IMG/VR virus record: IMGVR_UViG_3300033076_001145
Location: 144,635 to 208,634 of that record
From: a virus
Lineage: Duplodnaviria > Caudoviricetes
Direction: 5' to 3' (one strand)
Length of the DNA: 64,000 nt
Below are positions 1-10,254 of this stretch, piece after piece (the stretch's first letter is position 1; every line of letters starts with the position of its first letter). A model generated the notes under the pieces. It saw nothing but the letters and a program-made list of their open reading frames with translations, was not told the origin of the DNA and ran no database searches. A program made the position numbers and the translations under genes.

Positions 1-693
1 TTTACCTCTTAGGTTAAACGGCATAACAGCTTTAATTCCGTCACCATAGATATATTTTTTATCAAAGTCGTCACCCATTTTGTATGACTTTTTATATTTT
101 TTCCAATACTTGTCAAACTCTTTTTTATCGTAGTCCTCAACAACTGGATTATAATCTTCTTCAAACAATCTATCACCAATCTTGAATGTTGCACCTCCAC
201 GATGAGTGTAGCCATAGTATCCAACAACATCATTATCCGGAACTAAATCAATTGAATGATATTTTATACCATACCTTTTGAAGTAGTTATTTTCTTTTAG
301 TTGGATTGCCGCTCCATGTGGGTAGTCCTCACATACAACAAGATTATTATTGTAATACCACCAAGCGGTTTTAATGTCCCCAATATAAAGTCCATCCTCT
401 GTCAAAAAAGAGTTCTCCAAAGTATATTCACCCTCGTTACCAAATTTATGAGTTCCAATAACACCGCCTGTGTATTTTTCAATCAGTTCAATCTTCTTGG
501 GGTCAATGTTACTTGGTCCTCCTTCCATTACCTGTCTTGGTATCATACGAGACACCAACTTGGTAAATCCAAGATTGAGATGAACTTTATTTAATACGCC
601 GCTTTGACTACCTGAATAGTACGGGTATTTCTCAAACTTGAGAATTAATTTACCAAGATATGGTGTTGTGTTTTTAATTAACTTTTCTATCAT
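1..693 (-). CDS. hypothetical protein, 3' end outside window
   Basis: Open minus frame from ATG at 693 (MIEKLIKNTTPYLGK...) to the window edge; missing from the ORF track because it has no stop. Confidence 0.7.
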   Translation of the reverse strand, partial: MIEKLIKNTTPYLGKLILKFEKYPYYSGSQSGVLNKVHLNLGFTKLVSRMIPRQVMEGGPSNIDPKKIELIEKYTGGVIGTHKFGNEGEYTLENSFLTEDGLYIGDIKTAWWYYNNNLVVCEDYPHGAAIQLKENNYFKRYGIKYHSIDLVPDNDVVGYYGYTHRGGATFKIGDRLFEEDYNPVVEDYDKKEFDKYWKKYKKSYKMGDDFDKKYIYGDGIKAVMPFNLRGK

Positions 694-932
694 TATCGTA
701 TGTTTCTTAAACTCATTATTTTTGTCTCCGAGAATGGGTAATACTCTGCCGAAATTATCTGACCAGTAGTATCAATCACTATAAAGTCATACCCTTGTTG
801 TTGTATTAGCCCTGTCGCCGGCTCAATCTTACAATTAGGATAAACCGATTGTAGATGTGATTGTCGTTTAGTTTGGTCCGCACAACTCATAAGTCCTATT
901 GAAAGTGCGAGTATTAATAGTTTGTTTTTCAT
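693..932 (-). CDS. putative lipoprotein
   Basis: Signal peptide with lipobox-like LMSC. Confidence 0.6.
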   Translation of the reverse strand: MKNKLLILALSIGLMSCADQTKRQSHLQSVYPNCKIEPATGLIQQQGYDFIVIDTTGQIISAEYYPFSETKIMSLRNIR

Positions 933-933
933 A

Positions 934-1632
934 TTATTTATCAGAGTTTAATAATCTTTCAAGGTGGTGGTCGTCAGGCATATCTGACAACAGCTCACGA
1001 TTTTTCATTAGTGGGACAATCTCCCTCAACAAATTATAAGGGCGAAATTCAGGATGTCCATCAAATCCCACATCCATTTTCTTTCCATTACCAAACTTTC
1101 TTTCATTTGGTAAATGAACATGCCCGTGTAAGTGAATTACACCTTTATTCATACCATCCCAACTTTGGATTGGGTAGTGCATACATACGAACTCTTGTCT
1201 TTTGGTTTCACCTTTTTTGATTGGTTCCATCACCACAATCCGTAGGTATTCTGAAACAGAACTAAAGATTGATTGTATGTTCTCCCTGTTTCTCTCAATG
1301 TGGTGGTCGTGGTTACCCAAAACCAAATGGACATTCTTACACACAATTCTATCACGGAATTGTTTGATGAACTCAAATCCACCAAATGACCAGTCACCAA
1401 GACAAATCAATACATCATCCTGTCCGACATTCCAATTAATCCCATCAAGAATTGCTTGGTTCATTCTTTCAAGTGTATCAAAGTCACGAGTTTGGTCAAC
1501 AGGGACCTCACCATCAAGTGTTCTCCAGTTGGTAGTTCCACGACAAATGTTTTTGTGGTTGTAGTGCGGGTCAGAACATATCCAAATGTTTGGGAATACT
1601 CCTTTTATATCTTGTTCAATTTTTAATATCAT
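934..1632 (-). CDS. calcineurin-like metallophosphoesterase
   Basis: Motifs SDPH, LGD, GNHD, HGHVH. Confidence 0.85.
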   Translation of the reverse strand: MILKIEQDIKGVFPNIWICSDPHYNHKNICRGTTNWRTLDGEVPVDQTRDFDTLERMNQAILDGINWNVGQDDVLICLGDWSFGGFEFIKQFRDRIVCKNVHLVLGNHDHHIERNRENIQSIFSSVSEYLRIVVMEPIKKGETKRQEFVCMHYPIQSWDGMNKGVIHLHGHVHLPNERKFGNGKKMDVGFDGHPEFRPYNLLREIVPLMKNRELLSDMPDDHHLERLLNSDK

Positions 1633-1636
1633 AGTG

Positions 1637-1644
1637 CAAAGATA
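1637..1644 (-). promoter_or_regulatory. Bacteroidetes-type -7 promoter element TATCTTTG (representative of ~20 TAnnTTTG sites)
   Basis: TAnnTTTG on the minus strand upstream of genes, also near 2709, 9262, 17192, 20786, 22285, 25149, 32507, 34598, 43350, 58207, 58729. Confidence 0.7.
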
Positions 1645-1649
1645 ATGTA

Positions 1650-2042
1650 TTAAACCTCTTCTTCCTCAAAATATTTTATTAATTTACTTGCAGTCGCATA
1701 ATTTGTTGCGATTGGTGTGTCATGAACATTACAAAGTCTAAGTAACATCTGAACATCAACCTCATGTGGGTGTGATGACAACGGGTCCATAAAGAATATT
1801 ACACAATCAATTTCTTTGGTAACAATCTTTGACGCAATTTGAGCATCCCCACCCATTGGCCCTGACAAAAATCTTTCAACATTAAGTCCAGCAAACTCAA
1901 TATGTTTTCCTGTTGTTCCAGTTGCAAGAATGTGAGCGTTGTGTTTGAAGAAATCTAGTCGTTTCATAATGAAGGCAACCATGTCAGCCTTCTTGTTGTC
2001 GTGAGCGATTACCGCAATATTTAATTTATTAATCTTTTTCAT
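1650..2042 (-). CDS. mgsA: methylglyoxal synthase
   Basis: IAHDNKK, ATGTTG, SGPMGGDAQI, DPLSSHPHEVDV motifs. Confidence 0.95.
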   Translation of the reverse strand: MKKINKLNIAVIAHDNKKADMVAFIMKRLDFFKHNAHILATGTTGKHIEFAGLNVERFLSGPMGGDAQIASKIVTKEIDCVIFFMDPLSSHPHEVDVQMLLRLCNVHDTPIATNYATASKLIKYFEEEEV

Positions 2043-2075
2043 AATATTAAAAAGTTACAAGGGTTCCAATTTATT

Positions 2076-2462
2076 TTATCCCTTTAACAGGTCTTTATTT
2101 TTTTTGATATCAAAATAGGTATCAATTAATTTATCAATTCGTTTGTCAGTATATGAGTTGGACTCCTTAATAGAGTCGGAAACTTTGGTGTCCATACCTC
2201 TCCATATATCTACCAATTGTCTTTCCAATCTGTCATTATATTCCCTAAAATCAGATTGAATGTTTTGTCTTTCACTATCAATACGACGAGTAGTATATTC
2301 AATTTCCTGAGAAATTGTCCTCAATAATCCTTGAATATCTTCTCTCAGATTTCCAATTTCTGTTTGTTGTTTGTTAATCTTAAACATACCCCAAGTAATT
2401 ACCCCAATAAAAATTAGAGCAAAAACCGAGAGCATACCTAAAACAAAATAAGTTGTTTCCAT
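2076..2462 (-). CDS. membrane-anchored coiled-coil protein
   Basis: N-terminal hydrophobic helix followed by a heptad-like region. Confidence 0.65.
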   Translation of the reverse strand: METTYFVLGMLSVFALIFIGVITWGMFKINKQQTEIGNLREDIQGLLRTISQEIEYTTRRIDSERQNIQSDFREYNDRLERQLVDIWRGMDTKVSDSIKESNSYTDKRIDKLIDTYFDIKKNKDLLKG

Positions 2463-2720
2463 AATATTTTCTCCTTTATTTCAAAGAACCCTTGTAACTT
2501 CTAAGAAAATATAATAAAGGAATTTTAACTAATCAACCAGATTAATATATCAATAATACTCATTACGAAAAATGCAATCGTAAATTCACCAAAGAGACCA
2601 ATCAGTTCAATTTCAAAATCAATATAATAAACTTTTTTCTTATAATAATTCCAAAACCTAACAAAGAAAGTCACAAATAGACACTGAAGGATAAAGTTCG
2701 TCATTTTACAAATATAAACA

Positions 2721-2750
2721 AAAAACCCCACCTAATAAAGATGGGGTTTT
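2721..2750. terminator. intrinsic terminator (recurrent AAAAAACCCC-loop-GGGGTTT type)
   Basis: Hairpin with A/T tracts after dnaK; similar ones near 6397, 7417, 8195, 9296, 13621, 16086, 17680. Confidence 0.75.
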
Positions 2751-2769
2751 CAACAATTATGTTTTAGTA

Positions 2770-4641
2770 TTATTTAACTTCCTCAAAATCTACATCATTC
2801 ACCTCAGCGTCCTGACCATTCATATTCTCAGTCATTTCTTGTACTTGTGAGTAAATCTTTTCAGATACCTTTTGGAAAGATGTATTAACTTTCTCCATAC
2901 CTTCTTTGATTTTCTCAATGTCCTTTGATGAATGAGCTGACTTTAGTTCGTCAATTGCCGATGTCAATTCAGTCTTTTCTTCTTCTGACAACTTATCTTC
3001 CAAATCTTTCATTGTCTTTTCAGTTTGGAAAATTAATCCGTCAGCTTGGTTGATTACCTCAGCATCTTCTTTGGCTTTCTTGTCAGCATCTGCGTTCATT
3101 TCAGCTTCTTGTTTCATTCTTTCAATTTCGTCTTTTGAAAGTCCTGATGACGCTTCAATGCGAATGTTTTGTTGTTTGTTGGTTCCCTTATCAATTGCCG
3201 ATACATTAATAATACCATTAGCATCAATGTCAAACACAACTTCAATTTGTGGAACACCTCTCATTGCCGGTGGAAGACCATCCAAGTGGAAACGACCAAT
3301 GGTTCGGTTGTCTCTAGCCATTGCTCTTTCTCCCTGTAACACATGGATTTCAACTGATGGTTGGTTATCAACTGCGGTTGAGAATACTTGTGATTTCTTG
3401 GTTGGGATTGTCGTGTTTGATTCAATCAACTTTGTGAATACTCCACCCATTGTTTCAATACCAAGTGATAGTGGTGTAACATCTAACAACAATACATCCT
3501 TAACATCACCGGCCAATACTCCGCCTTGGATTGCCGCTCCAAGAGCAACTACCTCATCAGGATTAACACCCTTTGATGGTTCCTTACCAAAGAATTTCTT
3601 AACCGCTTCTTGGATTGCTGGAATACGAGTTGAACCTCCAACCAAAATGATTTCGTCAATTTCTCCAACTGTAAGGTTTGCGTTTGCCATAGCTTTCTTA
3701 CAAGGTTCAATTGTTCTTTGAACCAAACTATCAACAAGTTGTTCAAACTTTGCCTTTGTCAATGTTCTAACCAAGTGTTTTGGAACACCATCAACTGGCA
3801 TAATGTATGGTAAGTTGATTTCAGTTGAAGGTGAAGATGACAATTCAATCTTTGCCTTCTCAGCCCCTTCACGAAGTCTTTGTAACGCCATTGGGTCTTT
3901 GGTTAAATCCAATCCATTCTCGTCTTGGAATTCTTTTACTAACCAATCAACAATTGCTTGGTCAAAGTCATCACCACCCAAGTGAGTGTCTCCGTCTGTT
4001 GCCAGTACCTCAAACACACCGTCACCAAGTTCCAATACAGATACATCGTGAGTTCCACCACCACAGTCAAATACCACAACTTTTAAATCTTTTGATTGTT
4101 TGTCTAAACCATATGATAGACATGCTGCGGTTGGTTCGTTGATAAGTCTCAATACTTTAAGACCTGCAATTTCAGCAGCTTCCTTTGTTGCTTGTCTTTG
4201 TGAGTCATTGAAGTATGCTGGAACTGTAATAACAGCTTCAGTAACTTCACTTCCCAAATAATCTTCAGCCGTTTGTTTCATCTTTTGTAAAACCATTGCT
4301 GAGATTTCTTGTGGAGAATATTTTCTTCCCTCAATATCTACTCTTGGTGTATCTCCCTCACCTTTAACTACCTTATATGGAACACGCTTAACTTCACCTT
4401 TACTTTCGGTGAAACTTGTTCCCATAAATCGTTTGATTGAATAAATTGTTTTATCTGGGTTTGTAACCGCTTGTCTTTTCGCTGGGTCACCAACCTTTCT
4501 CTCACCATCTTTAACGAAACCCACAATTGAAGGTGTGGTTCTTTTACCTTCACTGTTTGTAATTACGATAGGCTCTGAGCCTTCCATGATTGCGACACAC
4601 GAATTTGTTGTGCCTAAATCCACGCCAATTATTTTTCCCAT
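2770..4641 (-). CDS. dnaK: Hsp70 chaperone DnaK
   Basis: [18 protein letters not shown]-like [15 protein letters not shown] signatures; 623 aa. Confidence 0.98.
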   Translation of the reverse strand: MGKIIGVDLGTTNSCVAIMEGSEPIVITNSEGKRTTPSIVGFVKDGERKVGDPAKRQAVTNPDKTIYSIKRFMGTSFTESKGEVKRVPYKVVKGEGDTPRVDIEGRKYSPQEISAMVLQKMKQTAEDYLGSEVTEAVITVPAYFNDSQRQATKEAAEIAGLKVLRLINEPTAACLSYGLDKQSKDLKVVVFDCGGGTHDVSVLELGDGVFEVLATDGDTHLGGDDFDQAIVDWLVKEFQDENGLDLTKDPMALQRLREGAEKAKIELSSSPSTEINLPYIMPVDGVPKHLVRTLTKAKFEQLVDSLVQRTIEPCKKAMANANLTVGEIDEIILVGGSTRIPAIQEAVKKFFGKEPSKGVNPDEVVALGAAIQGGVLAGDVKDVLLLDVTPLSLGIETMGGVFTKLIESNTTIPTKKSQVFSTAVDNQPSVEIHVLQGERAMARDNRTIGRFHLDGLPPAMRGVPQIEVVFDIDANGIINVSAIDKGTNKQQNIRIEASSGLSKDEIERMKQEAEMNADADKKAKEDAEVINQADGLIFQTEKTMKDLEDKLSEEEKTELTSAIDELKSAHSSKDIEKIKEGMEKVNTSFQKVSEKIYSQVQEMTENMNGQDAEVNDVDFEEVK

Positions 4642-4715
4642 AGTTTAACTTAATTTTGTTTAATTATATAAAATTTATTTTATGGAGTCAAATCCGAAAC
4701 CCCATTATTAAACAA

Positions 4716-4751
4716 TGTGCCAATACAAAAAAACTGACATTCTGTCAGTTT
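4716..4751 (-). promoter_or_regulatory. palindromic operator plus TGGCAC element upstream of dnaK
   Basis: AAACTGACA-TTC-TGTCAGTTT at 4731-4751 followed on the minus strand by TTGGCAC. Confidence 0.5.
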
Positions 4752-4759
4752 ATTAGAAA

Positions 4760-5152
4760 TTAAAAATCAAAACTTTTTATATCAATGTCAGATAATTCAG
4801 GGAAATTGTGTTCAAACCACACTCTAAATGGGTCATGCCAAAGTGACCCAAAAGTACTAGTTAGTTCTCTACTATATGGTTTATAAAGAGAAATAAGTGG
4901 TGAGTTTTCAATTAAATCAACACCTTTATCCCAATAATTGGGTAAATAAATCCTAAAAATTAAACTATAATTACCATCATAAACACTTATCGCCGTAGTT
5001 TTGTTAGTTCTCTTGTCTCCATGGTATAAATCCCCATCTTCATCAGGGTCACTATATTCAACCCTTGTTTCTTCAGGCATTAAATCTTCAATATAATCAT
5101 AGATTAGATTAAACATTCTTGCTTCTTGGGAACTGTTTATTTTAATCTTCAT
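4760..5152 (-). CDS. hypothetical protein
   Basis: 130-aa ORF overlapping the upstream stop; weak resemblance to the DFIQI paralogue family. Confidence 0.65.
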   Translation of the reverse strand: MKIKINSSQEARMFNLIYDYIEDLMPEETRVEYSDPDEDGDLYHGDKRTNKTTAISVYDGNYSLIFRIYLPNYWDKGVDLIENSPLISLYKPYSRELTSTFGSLWHDPFRVWFEHNFPELSDIDIKSFDF

Positions 5153-6249
5153 ATTAAACCATATAATTTTGCAAGTTTAACATAATATTCTTTGGCTCTT
5201 TTTTTAAATACTCTCTCCCAATGTTCAAAGAATAATACCGGATTATCCAGTATTTTTTCACTAAGCCCTCTATATGGATTTACTGTTAAACCATTTTTAA
5301 TCATAAAGTCCCTTATTTTATCAGTCCATATATTCCAATCAGATATAGTGTCTCTACTATACTCCCATGACTGAGGAAGTCTGAAAATGTCATCAAGTCC
5401 CTTAATTTCTCTATAACTATTAATAATTTTTTCAGCCGAGAAATTTCTTAATCTTTTAATATCTTCCCAAGCATCAGTCTTTTTTAGAGCTTCAATAAAC
5501 TCCTGATTTGTTTTTGGGGATTTGGATTTTATAACTCTTAGAGCTTGTGGTATTCTAGCTTGGTGTTCAAATCTTAATGAAAGATACAAAACATGTAGAA
5601 ATTCATTGAACTCTTTACTAAAGTCTTCCCTTAAATGACTCGCCATAGTATTGGTAACATTTTCCTTACCAAATCCAATTTCACCAGATTTAATGTATTT
5701 TGCATAGAGTTGAAAGTCGTGGAACACCTCATGAGCAATTGTCGCTTCAACTTTAACTTTTAAATTATCAGTTCTGACAAAATCACTCTCACCCGTAATA
5801 ATACCAAACTCGAACTTACCAATATCAAAAACATTTCCCAATGTCTCCAAATTTCTTACCTCAAACTTACCAAGGTCAAAACTATGAGCCCCATTTACTA
5901 TTGGCATATTTTTAGAGACATGTTGAGCGGCTTCATCATCTACAACATCAACCGTAATTAAAACTTCGTTTTTATACATAGGAAATTTCTTCCACTCTTC
6001 CATATTGAACTTTGGGTGGTTTTTAACAAACTCCCATGATTCATCTTTTGAAACTAATGTTTCATATTTTTTAATTAGGGTTGGTCCATAATCGGTGATA
6101 CTCCCCGGCACTTCTTTATAAGAATTTGAAAGACGAAGAGCCTGAGCTTCTTGCATCACCATATCGGTGAAAATATCTGTAATCATCTCAATTTGAGATG
6201 GGACACCTAACGCCTCATTTAGTAGAACCTGAATCCTTTGGTCTATCAT
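5149..6249 (-). CDS. hypothetical protein with HExxH motif
   Basis: 366 aa; AHEVFH. Confidence 0.7.
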   Translation of the reverse strand: MIDQRIQVLLNEALGVPSQIEMITDIFTDMVMQEAQALRLSNSYKEVPGSITDYGPTLIKKYETLVSKDESWEFVKNHPKFNMEEWKKFPMYKNEVLITVDVVDDEAAQHVSKNMPIVNGAHSFDLGKFEVRNLETLGNVFDIGKFEFGIITGESDFVRTDNLKVKVEATIAHEVFHDFQLYAKYIKSGEIGFGKENVTNTMASHLREDFSKEFNEFLHVLYLSLRFEHQARIPQALRVIKSKSPKTNQEFIEALKKTDAWEDIKRLRNFSAEKIINSYREIKGLDDIFRLPQSWEYSRDTISDWNIWTDKIRDFMIKNGLTVNPYRGLSEKILDNPVLFFEHWERVFKKRAKEYYVKLAKLYGLI

Positions 6250-6428
6250 TATTTTTTGTTACCTTAATAAGATTATCAGTCATCCACTTCTGAGGGATGT
6301 CAGTCTTAGTTAATAATTCCATTAACTGTTTTTTGGTTAAATTTTCAAGTGGGGTTTTCATACCGCTAATATAGAAATAAATATTAACAAAAACAAAAAA
6401 CCCCTCCATAAAAGAAGGGGTTTAGTTG

Positions 6429-6711
6429 TAGCTGAGGCGGGGGTCGAACCCGCACGGGCGTTATGCCCACAAGATTTTCTTACCACTATAGTTTTCACTA
6501 CCCTTTCGGTTTGTAGTCTGGACTATACCTTAACCATATCATTTCTGATTTAGGTTCTCCGTGTCTAGTCTCTACACCTTCCCTTTCGGGCTTGGCTCGG
6601 GGTTCCCAGATTAAAGGGTTCACCGAATTTACGGAGTTCTACTTAAAGAGTTTCCTCTTTAGCACTCAAATAGTTAAAGTCTTGCATGTATACCTATTTC
6701 ATCACTCAGCC
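6429..6711 (-). tRNA. trnL: tRNA-Leu(TAA) interrupted by a group I intron
   Basis: Exons GGCTGAG...CAAGACTT and AAAATCTTG...GGTTCGACCCCCGCCTCAGCT join to give loop CT-TAA-AA and a long variable arm. Confidence 0.9.
6479..6676 (-). ncRNA. group I intron (198 nt) in the anticodon
   Basis: Inserted after U34, ends in G; P AAATTCGGTGAA, Q CCCCGAGCC, R GTAGAGACTAGA, S AAGGTATAGTCC. Confidence 0.9.
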
Positions 6712-6731
6712 ATTAAATAAAGAACATTTTG

Positions 6732-6805
6732 TGCGCCCTGCAGGACTCGAACCTGCGACCTCCTCTTTATGAGAGAGTTTTTCTAACCAACTGAAATAAG
6801 AGCGC
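6732..6805 (-). tRNA. tRNA with CAT anticodon (Met or Ile2)
   Basis: Cloverleaf, loop CTCATAA. Confidence 0.85.
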
Positions 6806-7360
6806 TTAATTCAACCATTTTCTAACAGTATTGTCAGTAACTCCGAACTTTCGTGCGACTGAACTATAACCTTCGTTAGCCACCATTTCAAATATAACTG
6901 ATTTTTCCGGTCTGTCAACCTTTCTTCTTGATTTGTGAGCACATTCTTTACATTTATTCCCCCACTTACTTATCTCACATCCACAATCAGAGCAGTTATA
7001 TTTTTTTGGTTCAGCTAAAGTAATCCATTTATCACTCTTTTCCAAATCATATTTTTCAATTTTTTTACTAACATTTTCAATCATTAAGTCAGGAGAATGA
7101 ACTTCTCTGTGACAATTTGCACACAAAACCATACATTTTTCAAATTCAGACATAATCCACTCCATATTTGAATTAGATAGTGTTCTTGAATCTAATTGAC
7201 TTTCTTTTGTATCTTTATCAATGTGGTGGAATTCTAAAGCCGCTAAATTTTTATTATATCCACAAATTTCACATCCACCTCCTTTTAAATTAATTAAATG
7301 AGTTTTTCTCTTCAAAGACCTCATTACCTGATATTCATAAGTGTTCCCTTGTTTTCTCAT
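6806..7360 (-). CDS. HNH endonuclease with zinc ribbon and C-terminal HTH
   Basis: CEICG..EFHH..LCANCHREVH; stop abuts the tRNA. Confidence 0.85.
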   Translation of the reverse strand: MRKQGNTYEYQVMRSLKRKTHLINLKGGGCEICGYNKNLAALEFHHIDKDTKESQLDSRTLSNSNMEWIMSEFEKCMVLCANCHREVHSPDLMIENVSKKIEKYDLEKSDKWITLAEPKKYNCSDCGCEISKWGNKCKECAHKSRRKVDRPEKSVIFEMVANEGYSSVARKFGVTDNTVRKWLN

Positions 7361-7465
7361 AACCTAACCTTTAACTATAAATATATGAATATGTTCATAA
7401 ATCTATATAATCAAATAAAAAACCCCTCATTTTTGGTGAGGGGTTCATATTATTTTTAATACCTA

Positions 7466-7726
7466 TCAAATATATGTATCCTCAATCCCCTCAATAAATC
7501 GTAACAATCGTTGTCTTTCACCTTCAGTTAATTCCCCATCACTTTCGATTTCTTCTCTTAACATTTCCAAACTCTGTAATGAACTTTGAATACATCCTGC
7601 CAATTCGTCATCAACATTTTGAATGTATTTACCATACATTTCATAGTTAGACTTTTCCCCTTCAGAGATTACTTTATTCACAATCTTTATTAATTCAGTT
7701 TCAGTAAGTTTTATTGTTTTACTCAT
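7466..7726 (-). CDS. hypothetical protein with KLTE leader
   Basis: MSKTIKLTETELIKIVNKVISE. Confidence 0.7.
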   Translation of the reverse strand: MSKTIKLTETELIKIVNKVISEGEKSNYEMYGKYIQNVDDELAGCIQSSLQSLEMLREEIESDGELTEGERQRLLRFIEGIEDTYI

Positions 7727-7760
7727 AATAAAATAAATATCATGTAAAATAAAAAAACCC

Positions 7761-8168
7761 TCACTTGGATGGTAGTCTCAACCTTCCTTCAAAAGGGTTA
7801 ATGTAAAATTTGATATTTGTAACTTTCTTTTTGAGGGTGTGCTCAACCCATTTACCAATAAATTCTTTAGAGTCATTGTGTCCCATAGAATAGAAAGAAG
7901 AAATTTCTTTGATTAAACCATCACCGATAAAACACGAACCGTCGTCTTTATCATATCTAATTTGAGCATATTTGTCACTTTTTGAATTGACAAAATAAAT
8001 TCTATTTTTTTCTTTAATCTGAATGAAGTCCTGATTGTTTAAGTATTCAAATACTGAATTATCTAATTCTGACTCTGACTGAGGAATTGTGTCTCCACCA
8101 CCTTTTTTAATAATTCTTTTTACTAGACTTAGTAAATCTGATTCTGTCAATCTAATTACCTTTTTCAT
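7761..8168 (-). CDS. DFIQI paralogue family member with degenerate repeat-spacer tail
   Basis: YLNNQDFIQI..FVNS..YAQIRYD..WVEHTLKKKVTN; also has the KKVIRLTESDL leader. Confidence 0.8.
   Translation of the reverse strand: MKKVIRLTESDLLSLVKRIIKKGGGDTIPQSESELDNSVFEYLNNQDFIQIKEKNRIYFVNSKSDKYAQIRYDKDDGSCFIGDGLIKEISSFYSMGHNDSKEFIGKWVEHTLKKKVTNIKFYINPFEGRLRLPSK
7771..7847 (+). CRISPR. degenerate CRISPR-like unit: partial repeat, 29-nt spacer, 36-nt repeat
   Basis: GGTAGTCTCAAC, spacer 7783-7811, GATATTTGTAACTTTCTTTTTGAGGGTGTGCTCAAC. Confidence 0.5.
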
Positions 8169-8225
8169 GTTATTATAAATACAGATAAAAACAAAAAACC
8201 CCTCAACAAGGAGGGGTTTAAGTTA

Positions 8226-9239
8226 TTATTTTACAATCTTCGTGGTATATAATTTACCTGAGTCATCATTAATTAGAATGACATAGGTTCCCTGACTTAG
8301 ATTTTCGGAATTAATTGTCATCATGTTTGTTGTGTATTTGTTTTGATAAACACATCGTCCATCAACTGACATAATCTTAATGTTTCCGTTATTAGATGGT
8401 GTAACCACATTAATATTATCCATCACAGGATTTGGACATACCTTAACATTATTGGTCATTGTTTCTTCAACACCAACAGTATAACTATCAACAACACTCA
8501 ATGTCCATTCAGTCATAATACCACCAGGATACCAACCTGTTGAGTCAATGGTGAATGTTAAACAAGTATCAGCAAAACATCCATCAAATGAATAAGCCCA
8601 TACACAGATTTGATATGTTCCAACACCTCCATAAGTTGTTGTTGGGAATGCAACATTTGCTGAGTCACCATTACCAAAATTCCAAGTATATCCAATGCAG
8701 TTTGAAGATTGGTTAATCAAAAAGATTACATTATCTTCGATTACAACTGAATCAGAAGAAACAAAAGACATATCCAAGTATGGGGTCGTTTCAAGTTGTC
8801 CGTCACAGTTATTATCAATACCATCACACATTTCCCATGCTCCGGGATATGTATTTGGGTTAAAAGCATCACAATCATATTCATCATTCCAACCATCATT
8901 ATCACTATCAATACCAGTAACCAAATCAATTGAGTATTCATTAACTGCTCCGAAGATAACAATACCACCATCGCATTGGGTCATCCCAACACAATTGGTC
9001 GCACATAGATTAACATAAACACTATTACCAACCACAGGAACCGATGTTGTGTAAACACCTGATGGGTCGGAAGTAAAAACCAATTCACCTGTTGTTTGGT
9101 TTAAGGAGTCAATATACATACCTGTAACGGTATATGGACAATTTGTATCACCAATAACGGTCAAGTTAATTGGGAATTGAGAAAACACATTAAGTGTTAG
9201 GATGCTCATAAGAGCGAAAAGAAAAGTTTTTAGTTTCAT
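8226..9239 (-). CDS. secreted protein with PKD-like domain and T9SS type A C-terminal sorting domain
   Basis: Signal peptide, CDGIDNNCDG metal-binding motif, WNFGNG, C-terminal PNP..G.Y....KIVK. Confidence 0.8.
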   Translation of the reverse strand: MKLKTFLFALMSILTLNVFSQFPINLTVIGDTNCPYTVTGMYIDSLNQTTGELVFTSDPSGVYTTSVPVVGNSVYVNLCATNCVGMTQCDGGIVIFGAVNEYSIDLVTGIDSDNDGWNDEYDCDAFNPNTYPGAWEMCDGIDNNCDGQLETTPYLDMSFVSSDSVVIEDNVIFLINQSSNCIGYTWNFGNGDSANVAFPTTTYGGVGTYQICVWAYSFDGCFADTCLTFTIDSTGWYPGGIMTEWTLSVVDSYTVGVEETMTNNVKVCPNPVMDNINVVTPSNNGNIKIMSVDGRCVYQNKYTTNMMTINSENLSQGTYVILINDDSGKLYTTKIVK

Positions 9240-9347
9240 AATTTGTTTTTTTAAAGTTTAGACAAAGGTAATACAAATTAAGTTGATTGTAAAATAAAAA
9301 CCCCCACATTTTCTGTGAGGGTTTAAGTGAAACCTTGTTATTATTTT

Positions 9348-10142
9348 TTAGAATTTTGTTCCGCAGTGTGGACAGAATTTATGATTATCTTTCTTTCTCT
9401 TACTTCCACAATTTGTGCAATAAAGAACATTCACCTCTTTTGCTTCAACTGGCTTTTCTGACATTGGCATTAGTCTCCAAGTTGAATATGACGATGGGAA
9501 AGAATTAAAATCCATATTCACTGATGTAAATTCCTGATTTGAACTTCCACCTTTTTCAACACGACCTGTTTCTTTAAACCTGTCAGTTGATAATGACTTC
9601 TTTAGATTTTGAGAAGTGTTATAATCAACATTATTATTTAAGTTATAGGATGTGTTGGTGAAATAACTATTATTTCCCGATGTTAAGTTTGTTGTGGTGT
9701 TATAGAGTTTAATATTACCACCAGTAGTATTGTAACCACCATAATATCCATAATCACCGTGTTCATTTGTAAAAGTTATACTTCCACCATAAGGATTTTC
9801 TTCATAGAACTCAACCTCAACAACTCCGTTGTTTTTGATTGCCTCTTGAACCTCTTTGGATTTGGCATTGACCTCATAGGTTTCAAACTTGAACTTTCTT
9901 GCTTCGTCCAAATACCTTTCAAGAAAAACCCTTTGACCTGGTCTTAATACAACTCCACCACCACCGATGTAGTTTCCGTTAATTTTAAGTTTTGCTAAAA
10001 CTGAATTTTGTTGGGGGTTGAAGATTTCAACTTCAAATTCATCCCCATCTTTTAGATAAACGACACTTCCATTTTGTTTTAGTCGTTGTTTCCCTACTGT
10101 AATGAAAGCAGTAGGATTCTTTTTAAATGATTTGTAATACAT
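9348..10142 (-). CDS. hypothetical protein with C-terminal zinc ribbon
   Basis: CTNCG...FCPHCG. Confidence 0.75.
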   Translation of the reverse strand: MYYKSFKKNPTAFITVGKQRLKQNGSVVYLKDGDEFEVEIFNPQQNSVLAKLKINGNYIGGGGVVLRPGQRVFLERYLDEARKFKFETYEVNAKSKEVQEAIKNNGVVEVEFYEENPYGGSITFTNEHGDYGYYGGYNTTGGNIKLYNTTTNLTSGNNSYFTNTSYNLNNNVDYNTSQNLKKSLSTDRFKETGRVEKGGSSNQEFTSVNMDFNSFPSSYSTWRLMPMSEKPVEAKEVNVLYCTNCGSKRKKDNHKFCPHCGTKF

Positions 10143-10254
10143 TTTTTTACCTTATTTTATTGTTTATGTTTATTGAACCCCACTTCGTTGGTATTTCTCC
10201 AACTCAACTGTCTCAAAGGACAGGTGGACCTCAGCAACAAGGTTTCATTAATAA

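Noticed and set aside
3050-4142. Long + strand ORFs opposite dnaK, and similar antisense ORFs opposite other genes
   Set aside because: Shadow ORFs of well-supported minus-strand genes
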